Positions 52,240 to 64,000 of a stretch of 64,000 nt of DNA are shown one piece after another. The stretch is taken from NCBI RefSeq assembly GCF_004010195.1, contig NC_057718.1, positions 33,062,229-33,126,228 on the forward strand. Direction: 5' to 3'. The notes under the pieces were generated by a model. That model saw only the letters and a list, made by a program, of their open reading frames with translations. It searched no databases and was not told the DNA's origin. A program made the translations under genes and the position numbers. The DNA is from Chiloscyllium plagiosum (Eukaryota). Within the stretch, counting starts at the first letter, position 1. Every line of letters starts with the position of its first letter.

Positions 52240-52650
52240 GCTTGGAGGAACAACATCTCATCTTCACACTAAGCACTTTACAACCTTTCGGACTTAATAT
52301 TGAGTTCAGTACCTTCAGATTATGAACGTACTTCTATTCCGTCCCTCTCTTTTATTCTTACTGCTTGCATTCTATGTCACAATGTCCCCACCCCTTCTCC
52401 AGTGGGATTATCTGTTCTTTCCAGTCTGGCAGTTAGACACATTATTGTTCCGCCTTTTTCTCATTTTGATCAACACTCTTTCTTCCCAAGCATTCTACCC
52501 ATCCTCCCTCCACCATTGCACAAATGCTGTCCCCTCCACACTTCATGTCAGCTCTGATGAAGATTAATGTCGACTCGAAACATTAGCTTGCTCTCTCTCC
52601 ACAAATGCTGCCTGACTTGCTGTGATCTCCAGCATTTTTTGTTTTCAGTT
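52240..52650 (+). mobile_element. Penelope 3' remnant with hammerhead motif
   Basis: LEEQHLIFTLSTLQPFGLNIEFSTF endonuclease end; GCT-CTGATGA...ACTC-GAAA-C-ATT-AGC at 52551-52587. Confidence 0.7.
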
Positions 52651-54505
52651 GGCTATCAATATGTTCAGGTTTGAGCTGTGGGGGAGGTGTTCATGGTTCC
52701 CGACTCTGTTCCCCTCTTCTGTGATTTTATCAATGCATGGGTGCCCATGAAAAAGGGAGCATATGGAGTCTACTGGCACAGAGCGGGCCTTCTGTGAGAT
52801 GGGGGCACCACATGGGCTGGAGTGCTCTATCATACCCAAAAGTGATATGTTAGTCTGATTTGGATTAGTTTGTTATGCAGCTCTGTAAGCTTCTGTTAAA
52901 CCTTTGATTTTCTTTTCTCTTTGACACAGTGCTCTACCAGGGGCCGTTTAAATCATTCTTTACTTCAAAAGAGCAGAAAGGAAGATGAGTGGAAGCACTC
53001 TAATCAGTCATGAGCTGGTAATGATCAGTTCAGCAGCGTGTACATTGCCTTTAAATACTTGAGTTGAATTAGCCACATGCATCATCTCTCTCTCTCTCTC
53101 TCACACACACCTAATTCATCAAGCTAACTGGAAAAATACAATAATACAACAACAAAAAAATCCACAAGCTAGCACAATATACTGAACCTTCTGGGTTTCC
53201 TATTTGCTGCCAGAATACCCTCCTTCAGCCCCACCCCAAACGACCACTACATCCAGTGTGTCTACAACTTGAAAGTCAGAGTACATTTTCTAGAATTATA
53301 ATGGAAACTGAGGTTAAAAAATGAATTCTTACAATGAAATAAGATTTGTGAAAGACTCAGATGGCAGAAGTCCATGAATGCTAATGGAAATGAGAAAGGA
53401 AGTGGACTTCTGGTTGAAACTTGATACAGATCCTTGGAAGCAAAGCTACCAGATAAAGAAAAGATGCATTACAAGCTGCCATGAAATATGATTTTAATTT
53501 TCTCAAGTGAAACTGACTGGATGTCTACCAAATAATGAAGCAGCAAGTGAGATTTCGAAGAATAAATTATATTCCACAGCAAGCCAAGAGCTGATATGTT
53601 TATAACACTTCTGTCATTTTGGTATTTTGCGTTTTGAGATTTTATTCAAGATTGTACTTTCGTTTCCTGGCTATGATGAAACTACTTCAATTCTAACCAA
53701 CAATACCCATTATATACACTCATATTTGACCCCGCTGTGGAAGTCATCCTATCTCATTGTTGCATTCTACAGCTTGGGTGGTGTGGCATAATCTCTTTCA
53801 TGACACTGTTGCCAAATATGCAGTGTAACTGCTGATCTCTCTGAAAGTGGGAATTTGGCAGCAGCAGAGAGGCCACCTGGAAGAAATAATCTTCAATCAA
53901 AAATGCTGTATTTGTTTGAAAAGTTTAACTTACTGTACAATCTTTACACTCCTAATATCACAAAGAAGCATCATAGTCTTTTCAATATTTAAGTTTTTCT
54001 CAGGCAGTACTAAGAAAACTAAAAGAACTTGGCATTTGTTGAAGTGAAGCTTGTGAAGCAAGTTATACTTTACCCAGGTCGAGGGCTAATACAACTGTAG
54101 CTGTTCATTCATACCATTCTCAGAAGTCGCCTTGTATACGGTACACTTTTATAATGGTAAAGCTCAGAAAATAATGATAGAGTACTAAGTGAAGTCTGCA
54201 ATCTTAAAGCAAATACAATAATGTGAAAAAGAAATGATTTTTAAAATTTATTTATGGGATGTACACGAGGTTGGCTAGGCCAGCGTTTATTATCAATCTC
54301 CAAGTTGTCTTCGAGTTATGCTTTAAAATCAGAATTGTGTGTTCACGCTTTGTACAATTTATTGAAAATTTAAAATAATGGCCTGAAACTTCTTCACAGC
54401 ACGTATGTGAATTTCTAATAAGAACTCACAAAGGTGACCAATACACGCATGTAGTCTGAGAATTTCTTCTCAATGATCTTGTGACTTCCCAGGTAGATTG
54501 CCTAG

Positions 54506-56895
54506 TTATAGAGTCATAGAGTCACAGATGTCCAGCATGGAAACAGACCCTTCGGTCCAACCCGTCCATGCTGACCAGATATCCCAACCCAATCTGGTCC
54601 CACCTGCCAGCACCTGGCCCATATCCCTCCAAACTGTTCCTATTCATATACCCATCTAAATGCCTCTTAAGTGTTGCAATTGTACCAGCCTCCACCACAT
54701 CCTCTTGCAGCTCATTCCATACATGTACCACCCTCTGTTTGAAAAAGTTGCCCCTTAGGTCTCTTTTATATCTTTCCCCCCCTCACCCTAAACCTATGCA
54801 CTCTAGTTCTGGACTCACCCACCTCAGGGAAAAGACTTGGTCTATTTATCCTATCCATGCCCCTCTATAAGGTCACTACTCAGCCTCCGACGCTCCAGGT
54901 AAAACAGCCCCAGCCTGTTCAGCCTCTCCCTATAGCTCAAATCCTCCAACCCCGGCAACATCCTTGTAAATCTTTTCTGAACCCTTTCAAGTTTCACATC
55001 TTTCCAATAGGAAGGAGACCAGAATTGCATTCAATATTCCAACAGTGGCCTAACCAATGTCCTGTACAGCCGCAACATGACCTCCCAACTCCTGTACTCA
55101 ATACTCTGACCAATAAAGGAAAGCATACCAAATGCCTTCTTCACTATCCTATCTACCTGCGACTCCACTTTCAAGGAGCTATGAATCTGCACTCCAAGGT
55201 CTCTTTGTTCAGTAACACTCCCCAGGACCTTACCATTAAGCGTATAAGTCCTGCTAAGATTTGCTTTCCCAAAATGCAGCACTTTGCATTTATCTGAATT
55301 AAACTCCATCTGCCACTTCTCAGCCCATTGGCCCATCTGGTCCAGATCCTGTTGTAATCTGGAGGTAACCCTCTTCACTGTCCACTACACCTCCAATTTT
55401 GGTGTCACCTGCAAACTTACTAAACTGTACCTCTTATGCTTGCATCCAAAACATTTATGGAAATGACAAAAAGTAGAGGACTCAGCACCGATCCTTGTGG
55501 CACTCCACTGGTCACCGGCCTCCAGTCTGAAAAACAACTCTCCACCACCACCCTCTGTCTTCTACCTTTGAGCCAATTCTGTATCCAAATGGCTAGTTTT
55601 CCCTGTATTCCATGAGATCTAACCTTGTTAGTCAATCTCCCATGGAGAACTTAGTCAAATGCCTTACTGAAGTCCATATAGATCACGTCTACCGCTCTGC
55701 CCTCATCAATCTTCTTTGTTACTTCTTCAAAAAACTCAACCAAGTTTGAGAGACATGATTTCCCACGCACAAAGCCATGTTGACTATCCCTAATCAGTCC
55801 TTGCCTTTCCAAATACATGTACATCCTGTCCTTCAGGATTCCCTCCAACAACTTGCCCACCACTGAGGTCAGGCTCACTGGTCTATAGTTCCCTGACTTG
55901 TCTTTACAGCCCTTCTTAAACAGTAGCACTTCATTTGCCAACCTCCAGTCTTTCAGCACCTCACCTGTGACTATCAATGATACAAATATCTCATCAAGAG
56001 GCCCAGCAATCACTTCTCTAGCTTCCCACAGAGTTGTTGGGTACACCTGATCAGATCCTGGGGATTTATCTACCTTTAACCATTTCAAGACATCCAGCAC
56101 TTCCTCCTTTGTAATCTGGACATTTTGCAAGATGTCATCATCTATTTCCCTACAGTCTATATCTTTCATATCCTTTTCCACATATCTCCCTCATTTTCTG
56201 TGGCTCCACACAACGGCCGCCTTGCTGAGCTTTGAGAGGCCCTATTCTCTCCCTAGTTACCCTTTTGTCCTTAATATATTTGTAAAAACCCTTTGGATTC
56301 TCCTTAATTCTATTTGCCAACACTATCTCATGTCCCCTTTTTGCCCTTCTGATTTCCCTCTTAAGTATATTCCTACTTCCTTTATACTCTTCTAAGGATT
56401 TGCTCAATCTATCCTGTCTACACCTGACATATGCTTCCTTCTTTTTCTTAACAAAACCCTCAATTTCTTTAGTCATCCAGCATTCCCTATACCTACCAGC
56501 CTTCCCTTTCACCCTGACAGGAATATACTTTCTCTGGATTCTTGTTATCTCATTTCTGAAGGCTTCTCATTTTCCAACCGTCCCTTTACCTGTGAACATC
56601 TGCCTCCAATCAGCTTTTGAAAGTTCTTGCCTAATACCGTCAAAATTGGTCTTTCTCCAATTTAGAACTTCAGCTTTTAAATCTGGTCTATCCTTTTCCA
56701 TCACTATTTTAAAACTAATAGAATTATGGTCGCTGGCCCCAAAGTGCTCCCCCACTGACACCTCAGTCACCTGCCCTGCCTTATTTCCCAAGAGTAGGTC
56801 AAGTTTTGCACCTTCTCTAATAGGTACATCCACATACTAAATCAGAAAATTGTCTTGTACACACTTAAATTCCTCTCCATCTAAACCTTTAACAT
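54506..56895 (-). mobile_element. 5'-truncated CR1 (endonuclease end, RT, 3' UTR)
   Basis: ORFs 55651-56181, 55420-55635 and 55031-55378 carry CR1 RT motifs. Confidence 0.95.
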
Positions 56896-57039
56896 CTGTG
56901 AGTGAGATTAGTGATCATTTGGCATGCTATTCAATTGTAGCGAGATTATAGTGAAGCCAATCTAATCTAGATCTAATCAGAATAATAAAGTTTTAAAAGG
57001 AAAATCAATCACTGGGATTAATATCTGGAGGACAGAGAA

Positions 57040-57500
57040 GTCAAGCCACATTTGGAGTGCTATGAATACTTCTGGTCTCCGTAGTATAAAACAGATTTTA
57101 TGCATTGGTTAAGATGCAAAAAAAAATAAACAAGAGTGTTGCAAGAATTAGGAGGATACATTTATCAGAAAAGGTTGAACAAACTGTAATTCATTTCGTA
57201 AACAATTGAAATTTATGGAGTTACCTGAGTAAGACCTTTGGATTTCTAAAATAGATTATTAGGACAAGTGCTGAGAAACACTCTGCTTATTGAGGAATCC
57301 AAACTAGAGATCATAAATATAAAACCATTGCTAATAAATCCAACAAGGAATTCAGGTAAAATGTATTGACTGAGCATCTGGTTAGAATGTGGAATTTCCT
57401 ACAACAGGAAGCAGCTGAAGCAAATTAGATTCATTTAAGAGGCTAAGTCAGCAGATGACTGAGAAAAGAATAGATCTTGCTGATTGTGTTAGATGAGGAA
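57040..57500 (+). mobile_element. Very old CR1 3' fragment
   Basis: CCACATTTGGAGTGCTATGAATACTTCTGGTCTCC and AAACTAGAGATCATAAAT resemble the CR1 RT end. Confidence 0.5.
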
Positions 57501-58171
57501 TAGTGGTAGAAGGCTTATGTGAAAGATATCATGGTTACAAGAATAGATCAAATGTTGTCCATCATCTCCAAGACACAGTTCAGGAGTATGATGGATTAAT
57601 CTCCACTTGCCTGGCTGAATGGAGCTCAGATAACCCTCAAGAATTTCAACATCATCCAGGACAAAGCAGCCTACTTGACTGGCACCCCATTTGTCATGTT
57701 AAATATTCACGTCTTCTAACTACTGGCACACAGTAACAGCATCATGTATCTTGCACAAGATGCACTGGAGCAACTTGCCAATTCTCCTTCAACAATATCT
57801 TCCAAACCTGTAATCTAACACCTATAAAACCTAGTAGGTGTCTAATGAAAGGAAAACAAAACAGTGACATGGCTTTGAGGGTTACATTACCTACTTCTAT
57901 ACTGTAGACACCATGTCATTTGTTCAAAATGCATCTCACTCGATATCCACACAGTCATACGCACATTTCCAATAGGACACATTGTTTAAGGTCAGCAATT
58001 GAAGTCTGATTGATTTTACCTTGCCATATCTCAAGGAAATTGATCCTACTGCAATGCTTCCTCATGTCACTCTGACCAAAGACTCAGAATTAAACTGGAG
58101 ACCTTTCTGCTCTGCAAAGCAAAATATCAAGTGACATATTTATTTGCCACAATGTGCAACAATATGTTTTA

Positions 58172-58427
58172 TAAAATAAACACAAAGAACTGCAAATGCT
58201 GGAAAGCTGACACAAAAACAGGGTGCTGGAGAAACACAGCAGGTCAAGTCCAGTGACCCTTCATCAGAACTGACAATAGCTGGGAATGGGTGGCATTTAT
58301 GCAGATTATGGGTGGGGGGGAAGGGCAGTAGCTAATAGAGTATGTAGAGATGGAAATGCAGAGACAGAGTGTAACAAATAAGGGGATAGGCAAACAAAGA
58401 GGCTGACAGAGATAAATACTAGATTGG
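58172..58427 (-). mobile_element. Degenerate Penelope pLTR
   Basis: AAGAACTGCAAATGCTGGAAA...GACCCTTCATCAGAAC followed by a purine-rich UTR. Confidence 0.6.
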
Positions 58428-58451
58428 TTAGGGTTAGGGTTAGGGTTAGGG
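58428..58451 (+). repeat. Interstitial telomeric repeat (TTAGGG)4
   Basis: Four exact hexamers. Confidence 0.95.
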
Positions 58452-58685
58452 AAAGGTGTGAAAGAAGCAGCAATGTAATTGTAGGGAATTTTGACTTTAC
58501 TAACATTAAATGGGATCACTTTAGTGGAATGTTTAAAGTGCACCCAGGAAGAGTTGTTTTGTGACAGGATGTAGATATGCCTACTACCGATGGGACAGCA
58601 ACGTCAGCATCCATCTTAACTTGGACCATTGGAAGCGTGACTCTCTGATGGAAGTATGCTACTTTCTGTAACTAACTGTAACTAA

Positions 58686-58709
58686 CCCTAACCCTAACCC
58701 TAACCCTAA
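58686..58709 (-). repeat. Interstitial telomeric repeat (CCCTAA)4
   Basis: Four exact hexamers, opposite orientation to 58428-58451. Confidence 0.95.
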
Positions 58710-58774
58710 ACAAAGAGGCTGTTGATAGGCTGAGAGAGATAAATACTAGATTGGGTACTAATGAGAAGTGTGAA

Positions 58775-59125
58775 TACATATCCATCTCTACTTCCCACTG
58801 TCTTGGGAAAGCAACTAACATAATCATAAACCCTTCCCACCTGGATTATATGCACTTCCACCCACTTCTGTCAGGCAGAAGATATAAAAGTTTGAAGCAG
58901 ATTCAAGACCAGCTTCTTCCTTGCTGTTATCAGACTTTTGAACAGACCTTTCAAATGTTAATTCTGATCTCTCTCTGCACCTTCTCTGCGGCTGTAACAC
59001 TGTGTTCTGCACTCTGTTCTGCTATCCTGATGCACTTGGATTGGTACATTTTGCTTGTATAGCACACAACAACACTTTTCACTGTATCTCAGTAGATGTG
59101 ACAACAATAAATCAAACTCAAATGA
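58775..59125 (+). mobile_element. Rex1/Babar-like LINE 3' end
   Basis: CLGKATNIIINPSH...HPLLSGRRYKSL, then RFKTSFFLAVIRLLN; ends AATAAATCAAACTCAAA. Confidence 0.7.
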
Positions 59126-60735
59126 AAACACACTTACGGGTGTGGGCAGAGGATAACTAACATAAAGGAGTGTGATCACATTCTGGACTTATTAAACTCA
59201 ATTTTGCATCCTGAAGTCTGAAAGGTACCCAGGCGGAAGGTGAATGTTGTGATGAGCTGTTCTCTAGACAACAAACTGCTTCCACTAAGAATGCATGTGG
59301 GGAATTGGACACACTTCCAACTAATTTTTCCACTCATCAAAATCTTAGTGATGGAAAATCAGGGAGCAGAAACCCTAATTCCTGGTACCAGTAAGCTTTT
59401 TACTGTCATGTGATTTTATAAAATTACCTTTTTTTGTGCTTTGCATACAATATGTGTAAAGATTGGTTGGCGTGTAAAATAAATGATTGATTTGTGATTG
59501 CTGATTTCTTACCTCATAATTAAAAATAAAGTGACCCCTTTTTAATCATGATGTTAGTGATATGAAGCAACAGAGCTCCAAAAAAATGTTTGCCCACAAG
59601 CACACTTAACACCAAGCAAGTGTTATGCTACTCCATTAATTATATTTGTGATGGAATATAACTTTGCAGAATAGTCTGACCTGATTTATTCCTTACATTT
59701 GCAGCAAACCAATCTGAAAGAAAAGTATTAACAGTCCCCCAGGTATAAATAACACTCATTAATGCCCCCAAAAGCACTGTCAATGCTTTCAGAACAAGAT
59801 TATGATTGAGGCCAGATTCAGTGTAAATCCCCTTTAAAAGGTCACATAAAAGAGCAGTTGAAAGTGCCAGACTTAAGGCAGTTTCCGGCTCTTATCACCC
59901 ATCAATGAGCTAGATTCAAAGCCAACTTTCCAGACACCAGCAGAAGTCTTTAAGTATTGCTTTTCAGCTGCAAAAACTGAATTTTTCCTAAATTATTTTT
60001 GAAATGGCGTACATTTTGTGCGTATAGTTTACTTTGACACAAACTAGGATAGAAGAATCCTATCAAGTATTGATAAGTCATGGATGTCCTCTCTATAATA
60101 TTCCATTATGTTGGCTGCATGCAGAAACCTTTCTCTCAATGTATAATCAGAAACATACAGTCCAGTCTAACCTTTAAAAGTGTTTCACATATGTAGTCTG
60201 TTTTCTCCATTACAGTTGTTATATTTTCTTCCTGTCACCTACTGCTGCCAATATGCTGCTAACTTTAATTGTACAGTCTCATATCACATATGGTGGTGGG
60301 GTGAGGGGCAGAATTTTCCCAGCTCCCTGGTTCCAATGTAATTATAATGGCATTACCAGACAGCAAATGTAGTTTCACTGTAAAACAATATACTCTGTCT
60401 TACAGGTGTCTAACACTTTCCTATTTATTATACTAGGAGCTAAACTTAATGTCTTACTTTATGAACAAAAATAGCACAATCCTTCCACGAAACCTTATGT
60501 CCAGGGATTTCATAGAGGTTTGACAGCTGTTAGCAAACAGCCACACAGAGGAGAGTCCACTATTTTCTAATACATGCTGGCAGCAGTTAAGGTTCTCCAC
60601 TTCCAGCAATGTCAGAAAATTGCCCCCACAATAAACAGAAGCTCCTGTTTATGTAATGCCTGATTTCTTACTGTGCCAGGCAGTTTTTCATTATCATTGC
60701 TAATGTTCATTGATCTATTAATATATTTCCCTTAA

Positions 60736-61086
60736 GGGGGAGACGATGGCCCAGTGGTATCGTTGCTGGACTATTTATTCAGAGACCCAAATAATGTTCC
60801 GGGTTTGAATCCATGGCAGATGGTGGAATCAGAATTTGATTTTAAAAATCTGGAATTAAGAGTCTAATGATGGCCATGAATCCATTGTCAATTGTCAGAA
60901 AATAACTATCTGATTCGCTGATATCTTTAAGATGAGGAAATTTCCATCCTTACTTGGTCTGACCCTGCACGTGACTCCAAAACACCACAACGTGGTTGAC
61001 TCTAAACTGTCCTATGGGTAATTAAGGATGGCCAGTAAATTCTGGCCAGTGTAATGATGTCCACATTGCATGAATAAATAAAAAAA
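60736..61086 (+). mobile_element. tRNA-derived SINE (SacSINE1/DeuSINE-like)
   Basis: A box GATGGCCCAGTGG, B box GGTTTGAATCC, 3' tail similar to the L2/Crack-like LINE end. Confidence 0.7.
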
Positions 61087-61314
61087 GTTGCATAAAATTA
61101 TGCAAAAAAACTAACTGCCATATTGACAGGTACTGAACTTGATAAATCAGCATATTGAGAAAAGATCTAGCCTACTTGGCTAACTGTATTAAACCATTTT
61201 CAAACTGTGATTGGTACACAAGAAATACAAGAAAATATTGATGTGCAGGAAACAATATGAATTAGCAGCAGGAAACTTTCATTTATTGCAATAATGCATT
61301 CCTGCTTACCATTA

Positions 61315-61622
61315 TTAGATTAGATTCCCTACAGCATGGAAACAGGTCCTTTGGTTCAACAAGTCTACACTGACTTTCCTAAATGTAACTCACCCTGATC
61401 CCTACCCTATATTTACCCCTGATTAATGCACCTAACACTATAGCCAATTCACCTGACCTGCACATCTTTGGATTGTAGGAGGAAACTGGAGCATCCAGAG
61501 GAAACCCACACAGACACAGGCAGAATGTACAAATTCCACACAGTCACCTGAGGCAGGAATCAAACCTGGGTCCCTGGTGCTGTGAGGTAGCAGTGCTAAC
61601 CACTGAGCCACCATGCTGCCCC
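61315..61622 (-). mobile_element. HE1-type V-SINE
   Basis: A/B boxes, V-domain, ATTAG tail. Confidence 0.88.
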
Positions 61623-61829
61623 ATACTGGATCATGCCCTTAACTTGCTCTGTTTTACTAAAATACATTGCCCATTAATGCCTTTATTTCCCTCCTGAAAT
61701 GTTTGACATACCCACTAGGATTTGTGTAAATTGGTTCTGCCTGTGTTATTAGTTTGAACATAATTTTATTCCTCTATTATAGTTTCAAACAAAATCACAC
61801 TTCTCTCGTTCTTATAATTTTTCTATTTT

Positions 61830-63460
61830 ACTTCATTCTTTGGATGTGGATCAGCAGGGCCAGCATTTATTATCCAGTTCACCATTAGACAGTGGTGATG
61901 GTGTTCTACATTCATGAACTGCTGTGGTTCAAATGCGTAGATGTGCTCACAGTGCTGCAAACATAGAGAGATCCAGGATTTTGATGCAGCATTGATGAAG
62001 GAATGGTGATGCAGTTCCAAGTCAGCATAGTACATGGCTTGATAAGGAAGTTAGTGTTCTCATTAGTCTTCTGCCCTTGTTCATCTATGTGATACAAGTC
62101 ATAGTTTTGAAATGTACTTTCAAAGGAGCCTTGGCTGGTTGCTGCAGTGTATACTGTGGATGGTTCATACTATTACCATTATGCATTGGTGATGGAATGT
62201 GTGAATGTTTAAACTAGTGGATAGGGCATAATCAAGTGGGCTACATTTGTCCTGGATGGCATCAAAACTCTTGAGTGTTGTTCAGCTGCACTCATCCAGG
62301 CAAGTGGAGAATATTCCATCAGTGATAGTCACACTGGTAAATGCTGGGGGAAAATGGTCAAATTCTCTATCGATGGAGATGGTCATTCTTTTGTGTGACA
62401 TGACAGTTCCTTGTCATGCATCAAGCCATTCCTGAATGTTATCCTTAATTTTTTGCATACATGCATGGATTACTTGACCATTTGAAGACTTGGGAATGTA
62501 ATTAGACAGTTGGAAATCCATCAGTGAACAATCCTTAACTCTGGCCACATGATAAAAGGAGGGTTGCAGGATTCTTCAGTCCAGAAAAAGTCAGAGATCC
62601 CTAAAGTTAAAAGTCCATGAGTAACATGACTTCTTTATTAAAAATCTCCTTACTTCTGCTTGCAGAGTCCCTCAGCTGGTACAATTCTGAATGGTAACTT
62701 CATGTCAGCCAAATTATCATATTGCAATTTCAAATCACAACAGCATAGAACAAAGAACATAGAACAATACAGCACAGAACAGGCCCTCCTGCCCTCGATG
62801 TTGTGCCGACCTATGAACTATTCTCAGCTCGTCCCCTGACAAACACAACGAATGTTATTGATGAAGCAGCAGAAGATGCTTTGACCTAGGTCACTGCCCA
62901 AGGAATTTCTGCAGCAAAGTCCTGGGACTGAAGTGATTGGCTTCTAACAGTTCTGAAGGTCTGAATTCTGAAGAAGGGTCACAGGACCCAAAATGTTAAC
63001 TCTGCTTACTCTGCACAGATGCTGTCAGACCTGCTGAGTTTTCCAGCAATTGTTCATTTTATTTCTATTTCCAACATCTGCAGTTCTTATGGTTTTTTTT
63101 TCCTTTGAGTTAGGTATGACTCCCTGTGATTCCCACTAATTTCAAATTTAAAAGAGCTCCTTGAGGTTACACTCAGTCATGTTCTGCAAAATCTGCAGGA
63201 GCAGTTACTTACACTTCAGCTTTGGAATTTAACTCTTTTGTCCATGATTGGTGCAATCAGAAATAAGATTTGGAGCAGCATGGTTGTGTTAGAACAAAGT
63301 GAGCAAGTGTTTGGAGAATAGCTGCTGCTTGATAGTACTATTGACAATAGTTTGCATCATTTTTTGATAACAGATTGGGAGTAGGGTTAAATGTGTCATT
63401 TTCTTTGAACAGGCAATTTTCTACATTGCTGAGAATATGCCTGTATTGAAGCAGTACTGG
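61830..63460 (-). mobile_element. Degenerate L2/Crack-like LINE with small nested inserts
   Basis: Similar to 36530-37370 and 5535-6165. Confidence 0.6.
62964..63098 (+). mobile_element. Family D pLTR terminus with hammerhead motif
   Basis: TT-CTGAAGA-A-GGGTC-ACAG-GACCC-AAAA-T-GTT-AA; perfect 5-bp helix II, CpG decay in the core. Confidence 0.75.
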
Positions 63461-63466
63461 GATTAC

Positions 63467-63775
63467 ATTAGATTAGATTACAGTGTGGAAACAGGCCCTT
63501 CGGCCCAACAAGTCCACACCGACCCGCCGAAGCGAAACCCACCCATACCCCCACATTTACCCCTTACCTAACACTACGGGCAATTTAGTATGGCCAATTC
63601 ACCTAACCTGCACATCTTTGGACTGTGGGAGGAAACCGGAGCACCCGGAGGAAACCCACGCAGACACGGGGAGAACGTGCAAACTCCACACAGTCGGTCG
63701 CCTGAGTCGGGAATTGAACCCGGATCTCTGGCGCTGCGAGGCAGCAGTGCTAACCACTGTGCCACCGTGCCGCCC
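63467..63775 (-). mobile_element. Young HE1-type V-SINE
   Basis: CpG-rich, with A box GGTGGCACAGTGGTTAGC, B box GGTTCAATTCC, V-domain and tail. Confidence 0.95.
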
Positions 63776-63842
63776 ACAACTTAGCTAGATGCATGGCTAG
63801 TTCCAGAGGACATGTCTTCAGTACTATAACTGGGGCCATTGT

Positions 63843-63933
63843 AGAGAGTGTGTTGCTGGAAAAGCACAGCAGGTCAGCCAACATCTGAAGAGCAGGAGAA
63901 TCAATGTTTCGGGCCAGAGCCCTTAATCAGGAT
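63843..63933 (-). mobile_element. Family C-like pLTR terminus
   Basis: Reverse strand CTGATTA-A-GGGC-TCTG-GCCC-GAAA-CATTGA. Confidence 0.7.
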
Positions 63934-64000
63934 TTGTTTTTGCTGTCTCCCTTAGTCTCAGCCATTTCTTGTAATGTGGAAATAACTGAATTGTCTAGCT

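Noticed and set aside
52905..53023. Polypyrimidine tract + CAG acceptor and a possible GT donor
   Set aside because: All three frames hit a stop before the donor and no partner exons were found, so a coding exon is unsupported.
58428..58709. Chromosome end-to-end fusion scar
   Set aside because: The repeats are very short, separated by filler and flanked by a duplicated local target, which fits local repair better than a fusion.
63700..63775. tRNA-like A/B boxes
   Set aside because: They are SINE heads, not tRNA genes.

Overview
Non-coding, transposon-saturated vertebrate genomic DNA. The repeat content (HE1/V-SINEs with CR1 tails, SacSINE1-like DeuSINEs, CR1 LINEs with an SGNH-esterase ORF1) points to a shark or other elasmobranch. 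No host protein-coding exon could be supported, and two assembly gaps fall inside a Penelope element. Most of the window is nested fossil retroelements: two near-full-length CR1 LINEs plus many fragments, Penelope-like elements (PLEs), a Gypsy integrase remnant, PIF/Harbinger Myb-domain remnants, Rex1/Babar and L2/Crack-like LINE pieces, and SINEs. Highlights: (1) A decayed 9.4-kb provirus at 38975-48337 with two LTRs, a 4-bp ATAG target duplication, a tRNA-Asn primer-binding site, an integrase C-terminal remnant, and a pseudogenised envelope whose layout looks like an F-type class I fusion protein (lokiretrovirus/errantivirus-like) rather than a gamma-type Env. (2) More than a dozen PLE-terminus copies carrying minimal type I hammerhead ribozyme motifs, with compensatory covariation in helices I and II across families, many as short head-to-head inserts with ~11-bp target duplications. 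(3) A ~280-bp insert capped at both ends by inward-pointing (TTAGGG)4 and flanked by a long target duplication, suggesting telomerase-assisted break repair. All translations and alignments were done by eye, and family names are recalled, not searched.
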